Counted from the first letter of the stretch, positions 1 to 14,920 are shown. The stretch: 64,000 bases of DNA from Octopus vulgaris (GCA_951406725.2 OX597821.1:105462001-105526000), one strand, 5' to 3'. A program made the numbers and translations. The notes: a model not told the origin generated them from the sequence alone.

Positions 1-842
1 TAAATTCCCGTCGAAATGTGATTGCGATAATTAGAAACTGTCGACGGTCTTACGATGTCTACTTGTAAGCATGTAGGCGTCGAAAACAGTTATAGACGCC
101 CATATACTTATGTTATCTGCATGTCTTAATTATATATGGAAAAAACCGAATGTGGGAGAAACATGAGAGCAGTAATTCTCTGCTTCAACCGTGCTCAGGA
201 ATATATCTTGATTTGTTTTTTATATAGCAAATCCTTATTAATATATTCCATTATTAGACTAAACAGGGCAAAGAAAATAGTCTTATCATGACTTAGGAGA
301 TAGTGTGACGAAATGTAATCTCTGCAAGCGAGTAAATATGTAATGAAATTAAGGATTTTAACAAAAGAATACAAGATTGGGACCTCGCGATGTAGCAGAG
401 ATACGTGTTATATATATATATATTGGTAAAGTAATATTAAAATTGTTGAGAAGTAGAAAGTAATTAATAAAATTGCATGAGTGTACTGTGGTATTCGATT
501 GAATGACAGATTTTACGTTAGAAAAGTGTGTAGAAATATTACAAATATGTCTATAAATGTGTGTATTCATGAAAGTAGTAGGGTTGCTTAAAGAAGAAAC
601 GACTACGCACAGACGCATACGCGCACAAACACACACACATGCGCATACACGTATGCAAATACATACAAGAGAAGCAAAAACTGAATTTCATTACAACTGA
701 AATTGCTTAAAAGGACATTAACTACACTAACTGTCGCAGATATCTTCATTCACAGATGTTCATATATATGGTTATTTATACGCATAATATACATATATAC
801 ATATATTATACATAAATACATACACACAAGCATATATTCATA

Positions 843-1438
843 TCCTTAAATCCTTAAATCCTTAAAAATGTTTCAACCCGAAGTCTGCGGCCATGCTGGG
901 GCACCACCGTTAAATGAGCTACGCTAGTATGTGAAACCACCTCTGATACGTGGCACTTGATCAGCAAAGGAGTTCGATGCCGCTGCCGGCATCTGTGTTT
1001 CTTGTCAAGAGGTAGGTTCATCTGGAACCCCTGACAAGAAGAGATCGAGTTTAGTTTTAAAGAAACCCACATCCGCAACACGCAGGTCTCTCAGGCATTT
1101 AGAAAGGATATTGAAGAGCTGTGGTTCTCTGAAATCCAAGCTGTTGCAGTATCTGTCCTGTATTTTGATGGTGATTTTGGAATCTTTGGCAGCATGCAGT
1201 GGCGCCCCGTTCTGCTGTTGGGGTAACTTTGAATGCCAAAGTTTGGGGCAAGACCATCCAGGATTTTCCAGATGTATATCACTGCATATCTCTCCCGTCT
1301 TCGCTCTAGGGAGAAGAGTTTTAATACTTTCAGTCTTTCCCAGTAGCTGGTACGTTGCATTGAGACGATCTTTTTAGTGTAGCTTCGTTGAATTGCGTCG
1401 AGTTCTGCTGTTAACTTTATATTGTGTGGTGACCATAG
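843..1438 (-). mobile_element. CR1/L2-group LINE, 5'-truncated 3' end with tail
   Basis: Minus translation QLWSPHNIKLTAELDAIQRSYTKKI..YWERLKVLKLFSLERRRERY..IWKIL is a typical post-RT ORF2 C-terminus. Homologous to 55230-55730. Ends in a (TTTAAGGA)n tandem tail. Confidence 0.85.
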
Positions 1439-1470
1439 TTGATATATATATATATATATATATGTATATA

Positions 1471-1757
1471 GGCACAGGCGTGGCTGTGTGTTAAGAAGCT
1501 TGGTTCCGGGTTCATTCCCGCTGCGTTGAACCTCCGAGACTGCGTCTTCTGCTATAGTCTCGACCATAGCCTTTTGAGTGGATTTGTTGGACGGAAACTG
1601 ACAGAAGACCGTCGTATATGTATATATGAGCGATGCTGTGGCGTTTATGTCCCCGTAACATAGCAGTTCGGCAAAATAGACTGATAGAATAAGAACTAGG
1701 CTTACAAAGGATGAGTCCTGGGGTCGGTTTGTTCGACTAAAGGTGGTGCTACTGCAT
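1471..1757 (+). mobile_element. tRNA-derived SINE family A (degenerate)
   Basis: Head GGCACAGGCGTGGCTGTGTG..GGTTCATTCCC and body match the copies at 3101, 14563 and 32844. Confidence 0.8.
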
Positions 1758-1774
1758 AAGGACTAGACAACCAT

Positions 1775-1823
<49 letters not shown>

Positions 1824-1827
<4 letters not shown>

Positions 1828-2119
1828 GAAATGAAGAAAATGCTGACAAAATAATTTAAGTAAGGGAGAGTGTATTTAATTAGGTGAAAGTTCTTTTTAC
1901 CGGTTGCGCATCTGTTATGCTTATGAAAAGATGTTTTGAGTTCCTTTCTCATTGATTTTTTTTCTTTTATCTGATAAGAGAAAAAAATCAATCAGAAAGG
2001 AACTCAAAACATCTTTTGATAAGCATAACAAATGCGCAACCGGTAAAAAGAACTTTCACCTAATTAAATACACTCTCCCTTACTTAAATTATTTTGTCAG
2101 CATTTTCTTCATTTCCTTT
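1824..2119. repeat. Near-perfect foldback palindrome (about 148-bp arms, centre 1972) between (TA)n tracts
   Basis: 1824-1971 is the reverse complement of 1973-2119 with few mismatches; the ORF track shows the same peptide on both strands. Confidence 0.95.
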
Positions 2120-2156
2120 TTTATATATCACAACTCGTGTTCCACATTTCCTTTTT

Positions 2157-2232
<76 letters not shown>

Positions 2233-2235
2233 GGT

Positions 2236-2800
2236 CTCTTCCGCCGTTAGACGACGTATGAAGGCTCGACAGTTTCTTACGGAACAACCACCCAAATGGT
2301 TTGTTGATAGTGATTTGTGTAGACATAAGCTCCATTAAATTGATATTACCTGTTCAGGTGCAACATGGGTGCCGCATGTCAGAGAGCGAAATGATCGCAG
2401 AGTAACGTGAAAAAAAGTGCTTTGATAAGAACACAACTCAACGCCCGATCTGGGAATCGAGCCCACGTTTTCGTAATCGTGAGTGTAATACTCTAACCAC
2501 TAAGCCATGCAGTCACAGCTGATACGATCAACAGAAAATATCCTCCTCATGCAATTGACGTGCAAGTGGATGAGCATTCCACAGACACGTGTATCCTTCA
2601 AATTGTTCTCAGGGAGAATCAGTATGACACAGATTGTGACAAGGATGGCCCTTTGAAATACAGGTACTGATTACTTTCGCCAGCTGGGTGGACGGGAACA
2701 ACGTGAAAATAAAGTGCCTTGCTCAAGGATACAAAGCGTCACCTGGAATCGAAATCAAGACCTTACGATCGTTAGCCAAATACCTAAAGCACTAAACCAC
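2236..2800 (-). mobile_element. SINE family B fragments (degenerate, composite)
   Basis: Reverse complement resembles 46111-46493 (TGGCTTAGTGGTTAG A-box, TCGATTCCCAGA B-box, ACACGTGTCTGTGGA body). Confidence 0.65.
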
Positions 2801-2997
2801 GCATACATATATGAACGTAGATATGCATGGTGCTTGCTTATATTTCTCAGACATATCCCTGTACGTGACAACAAGTATTGGTTGTTTACTTCCATGTAAC
2901 TCAGCGATTCTTTGACAGAATAGGTAGTTTATGTATTCCACTAAAGCCGTTCATAGCCTTGTCCCAATATGACTTTAGTCTTAGAAATGAAACAATA

Positions 2998-3530
<533 letters not shown>

Positions 3531-4016
3531 TATATTCTTCGGTTTTTTTTCCTCGTTTTTTTTATAATTTTTTTTTTTCCTGGCAGCTGCGTATATTAAT
3601 GAAATTCACTACTAAACAAGTAACGATATTATTCTAATACAAATGATGGCAAATGCAAACTGACATAAATATTTTGTGTTCAATAGTCTACAGATATTGA
3701 GACATTCTGTATCGTACATTTTCTTGATGAAAATGGACAGATAATAGCAATCACTTACATCAACATGGTGTTTGTTACAATCATAATTGGAAATGATGCG
3801 AAAAGAGGTATGCACTGTCCACTTCAATTTTCGATACTTTATTTTATCTTAGTTGGCTTCATTTTTTGTTCAGGAATCTTATGCTCTAAACTTGTTATTA
3901 ATTCTGTTCTTCCTGCAAATATTATATAATATTCGCAGATACCGGAAGATATGCATACATATATGTGCATTTTGTGAATATGTATTTATGTATCACTCTC
4001 TCTCTCTCTCTCTCTG

Positions 4017-4619
<603 letters not shown>

Positions 4620-4823
4620 TACATATATGTATATATATATATATGTATATATGTATATATATGTGTATATATATGTATATATTCATATATATATATATAT
4701 ATATATACATACATACATACATACACACATACACACACACATATATATGTGTATATATATGTATATATTCATATATATATATACATACATACATACACAC
4801 AGACACACACACACACATATATA

Positions 4824-6099
4824 TATGGGCATCCCATAACTAATCCAATGTTTCAATTGTATGAACTAAAAGGATGGGATAAACTACCTCCATCAACTTG
4901 CTATAAAACCAAGTAGTAATTTTACCTTGTCCTTATTGTTAGTGCAAATTTGAAGAGTGCAATTCGATATTAACAGTTGTTTATATATCTTCAAATATAT
5001 AATATATACAACAAAGGAGTACATTCGGCATATTTTGCTTTATGAGTTCATTAAAAGCAACAACGTATTGGAAAGTGCGATGGATATCCATGCAGTATAT
5101 GGGGATTGGTCAATAAGCGTAAGCTAGTGTCGTCGGTGGTTCCAGAAATTCTGAGCTGAAAAACTACGTCGTAGTAGACGAGCCCCATCCTGAATAAACA
5201 GTAGAGCTCGACAAGGATGCCCTGCAAAATCTGGTGAAACAAAATCCCATCGTAACTGTGGAGAAACTAGCAGAGAAGCTTGGATCTGGTCATTCAACTA
5301 TTCATAGACAATAACGTGTTATCGGAAAATGGATCAAATTGGGTCAGATGGGTCACAAACTTCCAAAGTCTAATCCTGTGCAGAGATTGAATGCGTGCCT
5401 TTCTAAGCTATCACGTCTCACGAATGAAGATTTTTTGGACCGAATAATGCCTGGTGACAAGAAATTGGTTTTCTATAAAATTGTAAGTAAGGAAAGAAGG
5501 TAAAACCAACACACCAGGCTAAAGGAGGTCTTCATCCACGTAAGGAGTTGTTATCTGTTTGGTTGGGTATGAAAGGCTATGTCGACTTTGAATTTTAAAC
5601 CCAATCCAAACGATAATAAATGAGAACTACTGTGAGCATCTTTACTGGGTTAAGTCAGCGCTAGAAGAAAAATGACCAACTCTGGTGTCAAGAAGAACGT
5701 ATTCTTCCATCAAGATAATGCTCTTCTATCGGGATAATGTTAGCGAGGATGACATTCGAAAGGCTGGAGCAGACTGAATGAGATACGATGCCGCACGAAT
5801 CATATTCGCCGGACATTGTCTCATCTGATTATCATTCATTCCGCATTCTTCAAAATGATTTTAACGTAAAAAATTATGAATTCTTCTTTAAACGATGTCA
5901 CAACAGTAGGGGAAGATCATTTTCCATCACGGACAAGTGAATTTTGGAAGCGAGGCCTTGCGAGTCTAACAGATAGATTTAAGAGCATTGCAAAAAATGA
6001 AGGAGAGTATATTTTAGATTAGAAAAGAACTTTTTTTATATTCATTTTGTAAAAGTAAAGAAGTATAAAAATCGGCAACATTTATAGGATGACACAATA
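4824..6099 (+). mobile_element. Decayed mariner (Tc1/mariner) DNA transposon
   Basis: Frameshifted transposase motifs TVEKLAEKLGSGHSTIHR, FLDRIMPGDKKLVFY, FFHQDNA and YSPDIVSSDYHSFRILQN (cf. YSPDLAPSDYHLF). Length about 1.28 kb, with degenerate TIRs (GGGCATCCCATAA / TTATAGGATGACACAA) flanked by TA. Confidence 0.9.
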
Positions 6100-6117
6100 T
6101 ATATATACATATATATA

Positions 6118-6174
<57 letters not shown>

Positions 6175-6275
6175 ACACACACACATACACACACACATAT
6201 ATATATATATATATGTATGTTTGTATATATTCTAAATAATTGATTAGGAAAACGGAGTATCTGGAAAATTTATTT

Positions 6276-6390
6276 ATCACAACAATCGTTTCGACATACT
6301 CGTGTACTGCTCCCTCGTGGGTGAAGAAATGCTTAATGAATTAATGCCACCGCCACCACCACCTTGTAGAAATGTTTCATCAGGTGGTAT
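6276..6390 (-). ncRNA. Type I hammerhead ribozyme motif (long stem II insert)
   Basis: Minus strand: cac CTGATGA aacat..(about 75 nt)..atgtc GAAA cgattg TT gtg. Confidence 0.6.
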
Positions 6391-6867
6391 AACAAGATTG
6401 CAAGTTACATGGGTGACATATCGTGTATCAGATTAGCTAGGTGGTTTTGGTAGTAGCCGCACCTGAAATACATTCATGAGGAATAATGCATTTGAGACGC
6501 AAATACTACCAACATCATGTAGCTAAGCCTATAGGTGAAATATCAATTATTTGGCATGGAGCCTTTCGTTACGGTGGACTGCATTGTACTTCATTATACC
6601 ATACCCCACCCACTAAGAAGCAGTGTACGATTATGCCGAAACGATCGATGAGGTATATAAAGTTTCCAGCATCCTCTGTCTTCTGTGTCAAGTGTTAAAT
6701 ATAGACTCAATATGAACCGAGGAATTCCTAATGTAGATCCGGCGACGAATGTGCATTTACTCTGGATGACGCCAATTGGCCACAAGAGCACACTATTAGG
6801 GATATAGCCAAAATATAGTTTGATGCTAAATTTTTAATTTCAAATCGAAATTTTAATTATTATGAAT

Positions 6868-6947
6868 AAGGTTTAGATTTGAAATATGTGTGTGTGTGTT
6901 TAAATATGTTTATATACACACATGTCTTGCTCTATCTCTCCACACAC

Positions 6948-6986
<39 letters not shown>

Positions 6987-7027
6987 AGTGTTTGTGTGAG
7001 TGTTTGTGTGTGTATGTGCGTATGTGT

Positions 7028-7058
<31 letters not shown>

Positions 7059-7222
7059 CATATATTTGTATACAGATACATACACACTCATACACATACA
7101 CAAACACGCGCGCAGTATCAGACACACACACACATATATTTGTAATACCCGAATAATATTTTGTATTTCGTGTGAAAATTTCAGCTTCCGCCTTTCTGGG
7201 AAAATATATCAAGATTACGTGT
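6868..7222 (+). repeat. Local direct duplication, copy 1 (partner 11025-11328)
   Basis: Both copies share AAGGTTTAGATTTGAAAT...GAAAATTTCAGCTTCCGCCTTTCTG..CAAGATTACGTGT; the internal microsatellite lengths differ. Confidence 0.9.
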
Positions 7223-8879
7223 GTTGTAAAAAACGGCAACAGTGCGCAAGTTGGCGTTAATCGAATTCATCACCTACAGTAAACTTGTCTTCTTCATTAT
7301 TGACATCCCGATCGAAAATATTGGTGTACTTGCCATTATATGTATCTGTTTTCTCACGTGTAAAATAATGTTGAATACGATATCTAGTATCATGATCATT
7401 GCCTGTGGCATCATATCATATGCCATTATATATATAATATTAACTGACCCAATCATCTTAATGCGTATAAATGAATCGTATATTTAATAAGTTTATAAAA
7501 GTTATATCATAACACTTCTGGTAAATCCAAACTATGTTTTCATACTTTTAACAATGGCTTAGCATTATTGGCATTGCAGCAATTTAAGAGAACCCCAGAA
7601 GTAATAAAAAATGATTTCGATGCGTAGTCTAAATTGCAGTGTCTATACACCGACAGACGCTATTGAAGAATACAAAGAGAATACTCACATTAAGGCGAGA
7701 GAATGTATTTGCGTCACCAATTGAGGGAAATTACATAGTGATTTTATCATTATTATTTCGTAACAATAACAAATACCATATTGGGAATTGTCAAACAATG
7801 TTAACATTGTATCGATCCAGAACCTGACGACAGACACGTTACATCGATAAATTAAATAAGGAAAAGCGTCCAAAGAGCAAACTTCAATGTCATTCCCACA
7901 TCATTATCTAAATCTTGTGTATGATATTAAATAGTAAAATTGAGCTCCATATAATTGCTTTCACAAATACCAAATAATGACCATGACAACCGCTTACATC
8001 AGCCACACAAAGTGATATTGACTGTTTTGCTAGAAAATAAATGAACTCAAACATATTAAACGTATCGTATTATTTCGCATTCAGATATCTGCTGACCATG
8101 TTCTAATTTAGAACCATATATAAGGTGTAGAGGTTCAACCTCCGATTCTGAAGCTATCAAGAACAACATGACATCCGTTTTATATATACCTCCTCCAAAC
8201 CACTAATGCTTTCACTAGCTTTTGATTTGTTCTTAGCACAATGCCAAGGTACGAAGCAGATGGTTTCTGCTTCCTCCGGAATACAGAAATCCTATATCCA
8301 ATGTATCGTCCATCTCCACTGTTCTGTCCACATTCTTTTCTGAAACTTCCTTCCTACGCTTGTAAAACTTCCTTTCATTCAAAGAAATCCCGATTCAATA
8401 TTTAGAAGGATTTATGCAACATTTCCAACTATGAACACATAGCTCAATATCTGAAAAGTTCATCTTCTTCTATTGACAGTTCATAATAAATTTCCTGCAG
8501 TCAAACATTTACAATACTTTATTTGGTGAACAGGTGACAAAAGGTATTCTATGTGATCAAGAAAGCAATTTCCACTCAGTTAATTTCTACGCGTTTTGAG
8601 ATTCCTCAAATTAATTTTTGATATGAAATTAACCGTTCTATTGATTAAAATTATTGATATTGGTTTAGTAGATCTTATTTCATTACAAACACATTTATCT
8701 GTGGAATTTATAGTGCAATGAATGAGCATTTGTTGTCAAAAGTTTTAAGCCGCCAATACTTGACTGCATTAAAACTGAGTAACGATATCCTAGCCCACGT
8801 TTTTGGTGGGAAATGACGAGAGGTTTTGGTTAAACCTTCTTAAACTATATACAAATAAAAGATAGTGCCTTTTATGTTT

Positions 8880-9230
8880 TGTCTTTCTCTTGTTTCACTA
8901 ACTAGACTGCGGGTATGCTGAGGCACCACATTGAAACATTTTATGGAAAGAGGCGACTTCAGTAGACAATTTTAATGCCTAATATTTATTGTAGCGCTTA
9001 TTTTGACGAACCGCTATTTTAGTAGGACGTAAACACACAACACCAGTTGTGAATCTGCGGTGGGGCAAACACAAACACTAAGATCACCACAGACACAAAC
9101 ACAAATATATAGGGGCGTGCGGGCAAACAAGTATATCCAACGAACATTCTCTTCCCCAAGGCAATAGTGGAACACATTCGCCCTAGGTGCCGCCTTATGG
9201 AACTGAAGCCGGAAACATGTGGTTGAGGCA
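8880..9230 (-). mobile_element. SINE family A (old, degenerate)
   Basis: Reverse complement matches the family A body and tail (GTGGTGCCTCAGCATACCCGCAGTC..GAAACAAG). Confidence 0.6.
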
Positions 9231-10226
9231 GAGCAGGCCCTAGAATTACTGTCGCCCCGGGCAAATTGAACACTCGGCGTGCACAAGCTGACGGTCTTGG
9301 AAAAGTTCTTGTTTTTGTCACGCCCTCCTGGGCACTCCTAGCATATGTCATCCCGCGAACACCCGAGTTGCTGGTACCCTGAGCCGCGTTGGGTTGATGA
9401 CTAAATTTCTTATCATTCGGCCATACCTACTCCTATCACAGATATATTGAGATAAAGTACTATCACAGAAATATACCAGTTATATTCAAAACCGTTAATG
9501 TCAGATATAATGATGTGACTGAATATACTGGAGATTGGAATGTGCGCCGTAAGCCAAAAAAGTAGTGATATGGGGAAATATATATTTGTTGATGTATTAT
9601 TAGGTTAAGCAAGGGGCACCGAAACATTTGATTAAAGATTCTCATGTCCCAGGTTGCGAATTCGAAAAAACCGGAGGCATGATTTGTTCTTCGTCGACAT
9701 AACGTCTTGCTATAATATTTCGTTCTGCGAAGGCACTAAAAGAATTATGAAATTATAATTTACTGGCAATTATGTAATCCAATTCATATTTTCTCTCTAC
9801 TATAGGCAGAGGGCCAGAAAAGCAGCGAACAGCAGGTCGATGAAATCAATCCCAACTATGAAAGAAAATTTACTTTCTCATATTTCAAAAGTGAAAGGTA
9901 AAATTAATTCTAGTATGGTTCGATTAGATAATGAAATTTGCCAAGACAGCTAACTTTCTAAATATTTTGGCATTATATTTACTCACTTATATAATAAGTA
10001 TTTGGTCTAGATAGATAGATAGACAGATATATTCTTAGATAAATAGACGCATGTATGGATGGATAGGTAGCTACATATATAGATAGAGAGTTAGAGAGAC
10101 AGGTAATGTGTCAGAGAGATAGGCATAAACGATAGACAGAGGCATACATGCATGCAAAAATATATACATACACAACTACACATATTTCTATGCCTGTATA
10201 TACAAACATATGCATATATATATACT

Positions 10227-10276
<50 letters not shown>

Positions 10277-10300
10277 CATATATATATATATATATATACG

Positions 10301-10416
10301 TTGACCCCCTCCCCCCAACAAAAACAAACAAACACAAGAACCCCACCCCGCCAACATATGTTTTATATAAATGAACAAGGTGTTTGTACATTCACATAAT
10401 TTTATTTGTATGTATG

Positions 10417-10464
<48 letters not shown>

Positions 10465-10590
10465 AGTTTCTCGAACTTGTCAAATAAAATTATGTTAATG
10501 TACAAACAACTTGTTCATTTATATAAAACATATGTTGGCGGTGTGGGGTTCCTGTGTTTGTTTGTTTTTTTTTGGGGGGGGAGGGTTCAA
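10301..10590. repeat. Inverted repeat (about 108-bp arms 10301-10408 / 10481-10590) around a microsatellite
   Basis: CCGCCAACATATGTTTTATATAAATGAACAAG is inverted in the right arm; a related third copy lies at about 11405-11470. Confidence 0.88.
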
Positions 10591-10683
10591 TGGAGTTGGT
10601 TAGATAGAAATATAGGTGGGTAGATAGTGTGATATATAGATATATAGATGGATAGATAAAAAGACAGACAAATAGGTAGATAA

Positions 10684-10723
<40 letters not shown>

Positions 10724-11024
10724 GTAGAAAACGGGAGAGAGAGTAGCGTCCCCCTTCTTATTCACCATTCATTTATTCATTTACTCAGTTACAATTGTAT
10801 TGGAATGGGCTGGAGATGGGTGACCTCTACATAAACAAACTGTTTGGTCATCATATGAAGTCATTTTGATTTCTTTCTCTGTAGGAGGTGTAAAAAAGAG
10901 GGGAAGATAGGAAGAAAGTAAAAGGACTTTCAGTGACAACCAAGCCACACCTGTGTTTTTTTTAAGAGGTCAACGTCCTTAAACCCAATACAATACAATG
11001 TTAAATGACTGAATAAATACATAA

Positions 11025-11103
11025 AAGGTTTAGATTTGAAATTTGTGTGTGTGTGTGTGCGTGTAAATATGTTTATATACACACATCTCTCGCTCTCTCT
11101 CTC

Positions 11104-11150
<47 letters not shown>

Positions 11151-11328
11151 ATGTGCGTATATATACATATATTTGTATACACATACATACACACTCATAC
11201 ACATACACAAACACGCGCACAGTATCAGACACACACACACCTATATTTGTGATACCCGAATAATATTTAGTATTTCGTGTGAAAATTTCAGCTTCCGCCT
11301 TTCTGAAAATTATATCAAGATTACGTGT
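11025..11328 (+). repeat. Local direct duplication, copy 2
   Basis: Matches 6868-7222. Confidence 0.9.
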
Positions 11329-11983
11329 CTCTATCTATCACTCACTCGTAAAAAACAAAAACTATGTTCTCTTCTTCTAAACAACCTTCAGCATAGAAAA
11401 TATCACCTGTTCTCTATAAATGAAGAAGATGTTTATACATTTGCAAAATTTTATTTGACAAGTTCGAGAACGAACGAAACCGCGATTAAAAAAATGAAGA
11501 AATAAAAAAAAAATTTTTCCAAAATTCCGACTATGTTTTCCTCGGTATTCAATTTCTGTACACACCCACCTAACATTGTATACATACATACATACATACA
11601 TGCATACATACATACATACATACATACACACACACATACATACATACATACATACATACATACATACATGCATACATACATACATACATACATACATACA
11701 TACATCATACATTCATACATACACACATATATATAATACATAAATATGTATATATAGGCGCAGGAATGACCGAAAATTGTAAAAACGGAAGTAAGTGGTT
11801 CAATACCTCGGTTTGTTTTGTGTGTAAAAAATAATGTTTTAGAGAAGCAACAATCGGCGGGCATTTTTTGTCTCCCATTAATATAATTTTATTTCATCAT
11901 TCATCTCATCATTGTCTCTGCCCAGCCTGCAAGCTACTCCTTATCATGCCTTTATGGCAAAATGCTTGAAATAAAGTAGCTTG

Positions 11984-12355
11984 CTTACCAACTACGTTGT
12001 TCGGGGGTCAGTCCCACTGCGTGGCACCTTGGACAAGTGTCTTCTACTATAGCCTCGGGCCGACTAAATGCTTGTAAGTATATCTGGTAGACGGAAAATA
12101 AAAAGACTCCGTCGTGTATATATGTGTATGTGTGTGTGCTTATGTCTGTGTGTCTGTATTTCTCCCCGCCTGACATCGCTTCACAACGGATGCAGGTGTC
12201 TTCACGTCCCCGTTAATTAGAGGTTCCACAAAAAAGACCGGTGAAGGTACTAGGCTTACAAAGAATAAGTCCTGGAGTCGATTTGCACGAGTGAAGGCGG
12301 TGCTCCAGCATGGCCGCAGTCAGCTAACTGAAAAAAGTAAAAAATAAAAAGAATA
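11984..12355 (+). mobile_element. SINE family A (5'-truncated)
   Basis: CAGTCCCACTGCGTGGCACCTTGGACAAGTG...GGCGGTGCTCCAGCATGGCCGCAGTC. Confidence 0.85.
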
Positions 12356-14562
12356 AATGTGTATGCATATATATATATATATGACCTGCTCGCTTAACCA
12401 GCGGGGTGGCGTCATTCGAAGGCTAAAACAATGCGAACATATTGTGACCAGCGATGTATAACAACATCTGGTGGTCTGGTCGTTCACGTGATCACGTGAT
12501 ATATATATATATATAAACATACATACTTACATGCACACACACAAACACACACATATATCTATGGGACACTGGTATAAATTCGTCTCTTTAATAAGAGAGA
12601 TGTCTTTATTAATAGACATTAATCACATATCTGAGATAAAATTTTTAATTTCCACTTCAAAATTGGAGAACAAAATATTAAATCCATTTCTAAGCCAATG
12701 CTTTACATAGTCTTTTTCACTAATGACTCTAGAAATCAATATAGAATTAACAACCTCTTTACAGATACATTCTAAACACAGTCTTAAAATGTACCCAAAT
12801 TTTAGAGATACATATCATTCATTATATGTCCAAGTAGTTTAAGTAGTATTCTAAAATGAAGTAAGACTAGATTAAGCTAAATAAGAAGATTAATGATATA
12901 ATAAATACAACATTTAAGAAGCATAGATAACAGGTTTTAATTATGGTACTAAACATATCGTTAGAGGATCTAATAAAATATATTTTATTATTTTTAATGA
13001 TGTTGGCTGCAAGTTACGGCAGACAAATATTAATATTTTGGGGAGGAAAGTTTCTCCTTTGCACCGACGCTATCACTAGATCGTTTCTATAATCTTTATT
13101 CTCCAGCAGCATGAAAGACTAAATTGATCTCGGCTGGGGTTAAACTCACAGCACCAGGATCACAAAATAATAATCATACAAATTGAGGGTGTATTATTGA
13201 AGCAAGAAATGAAAGTTTTCATGTGAGTATTTGATAGTGGCCATCAACTTCTGAATTTCACTTCTATTTAATATGTATATGTTTTCATAATTTTGAAAAC
13301 TCCAGACCGATACACACAATGACGTTGGAACGTGTATGGGAGGTGGAGAAATTGCTGGTGCATACCTTTACTTATACATGATGTAAAACATCACCATATT
13401 ATCTTACACTCAGATATGGGTGGGTCTTCAGACATGTGCCACTGAGCCGAATTTGTTAAATTATACTAGCGGTAAGATGAAAATACATTGCATTCAAAGC
13501 TTCTTCTGTCGAATTTAACAAACTTTTATTTGTATTAAGTTGAAGCTATATTAACTGTATAAATATAAAGATGTAACAGATTTTTAATCTTAACGGATTG
13601 AAAGTTTTGCAGAACTATCCGTGGTCCAGTAACTCATATCAACACATATCTAACCTACCGGTTATGCTTCTTCCATGCTTTAAAGGTCCATGAAACTTAA
13701 ACATCACAGAGTATTACATCTGAATTTAATAAAGGAAATGCATTTCATTTTGTATTGCATTAGTACATTTAATCGCTGTTGCCATACTTAAAGGATAATT
13801 TGAGGAACTCTTAAAATTTCAGTATTACCACGACCGCGTGGATTGTAAATACTGCACGGTTCGCGTACTGCCCCTCGTTTTAGAGTATGATAGCACAGTG
13901 CTAATGACAGTAATCTGAAGTTTGCCCTTGTACTTTATCTGAAATGTAGAATGAGCTGGGTCATTAGATACCGGAATATCGTTGGTGTACCTCTATAAGA
14001 ACCAAGATTGTGCACAGTAGAACGTAATTCAGAATAACATGTCTGCGATGCGAATATATTGTTGTTTGTATCAGCACAGCACATAAATAAGTTCCCCAGC
14101 GATTACATGAATAAAACTTTCGGTGGAAATCAGATGATTTAAACAATAACGTTAGCTATTTCCCAGACATTCACTGACTCATGTTTTTATTTTTATCTCT
14201 TTACAGAATAATTGACTTAATGGTAAGCTTCCTAGTGAGATTATCTCGTGTTCGTAGAATATTTGTATTACTTACAGCTATAAGCTGGTCTCTATTCACC
14301 ATTAGAATAAATCATTTGAAAGGTAAAATTCTATACAGACATTATCTCAAAAACACAGGTTCTTTGACAATACCCAAGATATCAAGGAATTTTTCAATCT
14401 GCTGTTTGGTAATTTTCTGAGAAAATTATATATTCTAGGGAATGAGATGGCTCTTTAATTCCCAGACTAAATTATATATTTCATATCATTCCTATTCTGT
14501 GTTCAACGTTATTTGTAGTTGAAATTGAGTTTATTCTGTTTTTTTTTTTTTTTCATATTATA

Positions 14563-14920
14563 GGCGCAGGAGTGGCTGTGTGGTAAGTAGCTTGCTAACC
14601 AACCACACGGTTGCGGGTTCAGTCCACTGCGTGGCATCTTGGGCAAGTGTCTTCTGCTATAGCCCCGGGCCGACCAATGCCTTGTGAGTGGATTTGGTAG
14701 ACGGAAACTGAAAGAAGCCTGTCGTATATATGTATATATATATGTATGCGTGTGTTTGTGTGTCTGTGTTTGTCCCCCTAGCATTGCTTGACAACCGATG
14801 CTGGTGTGTTTAGGTCCCCGTCACTTAGCGGTTCGGCAAAAAGAGACCGATAGAATAAGTACTAAAAGGTGGTGCTCCAGCATGGCCGCAGTCAAAATGA
14901 CTGAAACAAGTAAAAGACTA
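14563..14920 (+). mobile_element. SINE family A
   Basis: Full head GGCGCAGGAGTGGCTGTGTGGTAAG through tail CAGCATGGCCGCAGTCAAAATGACTGAAACAAG, followed by poly-A. Confidence 0.9.
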
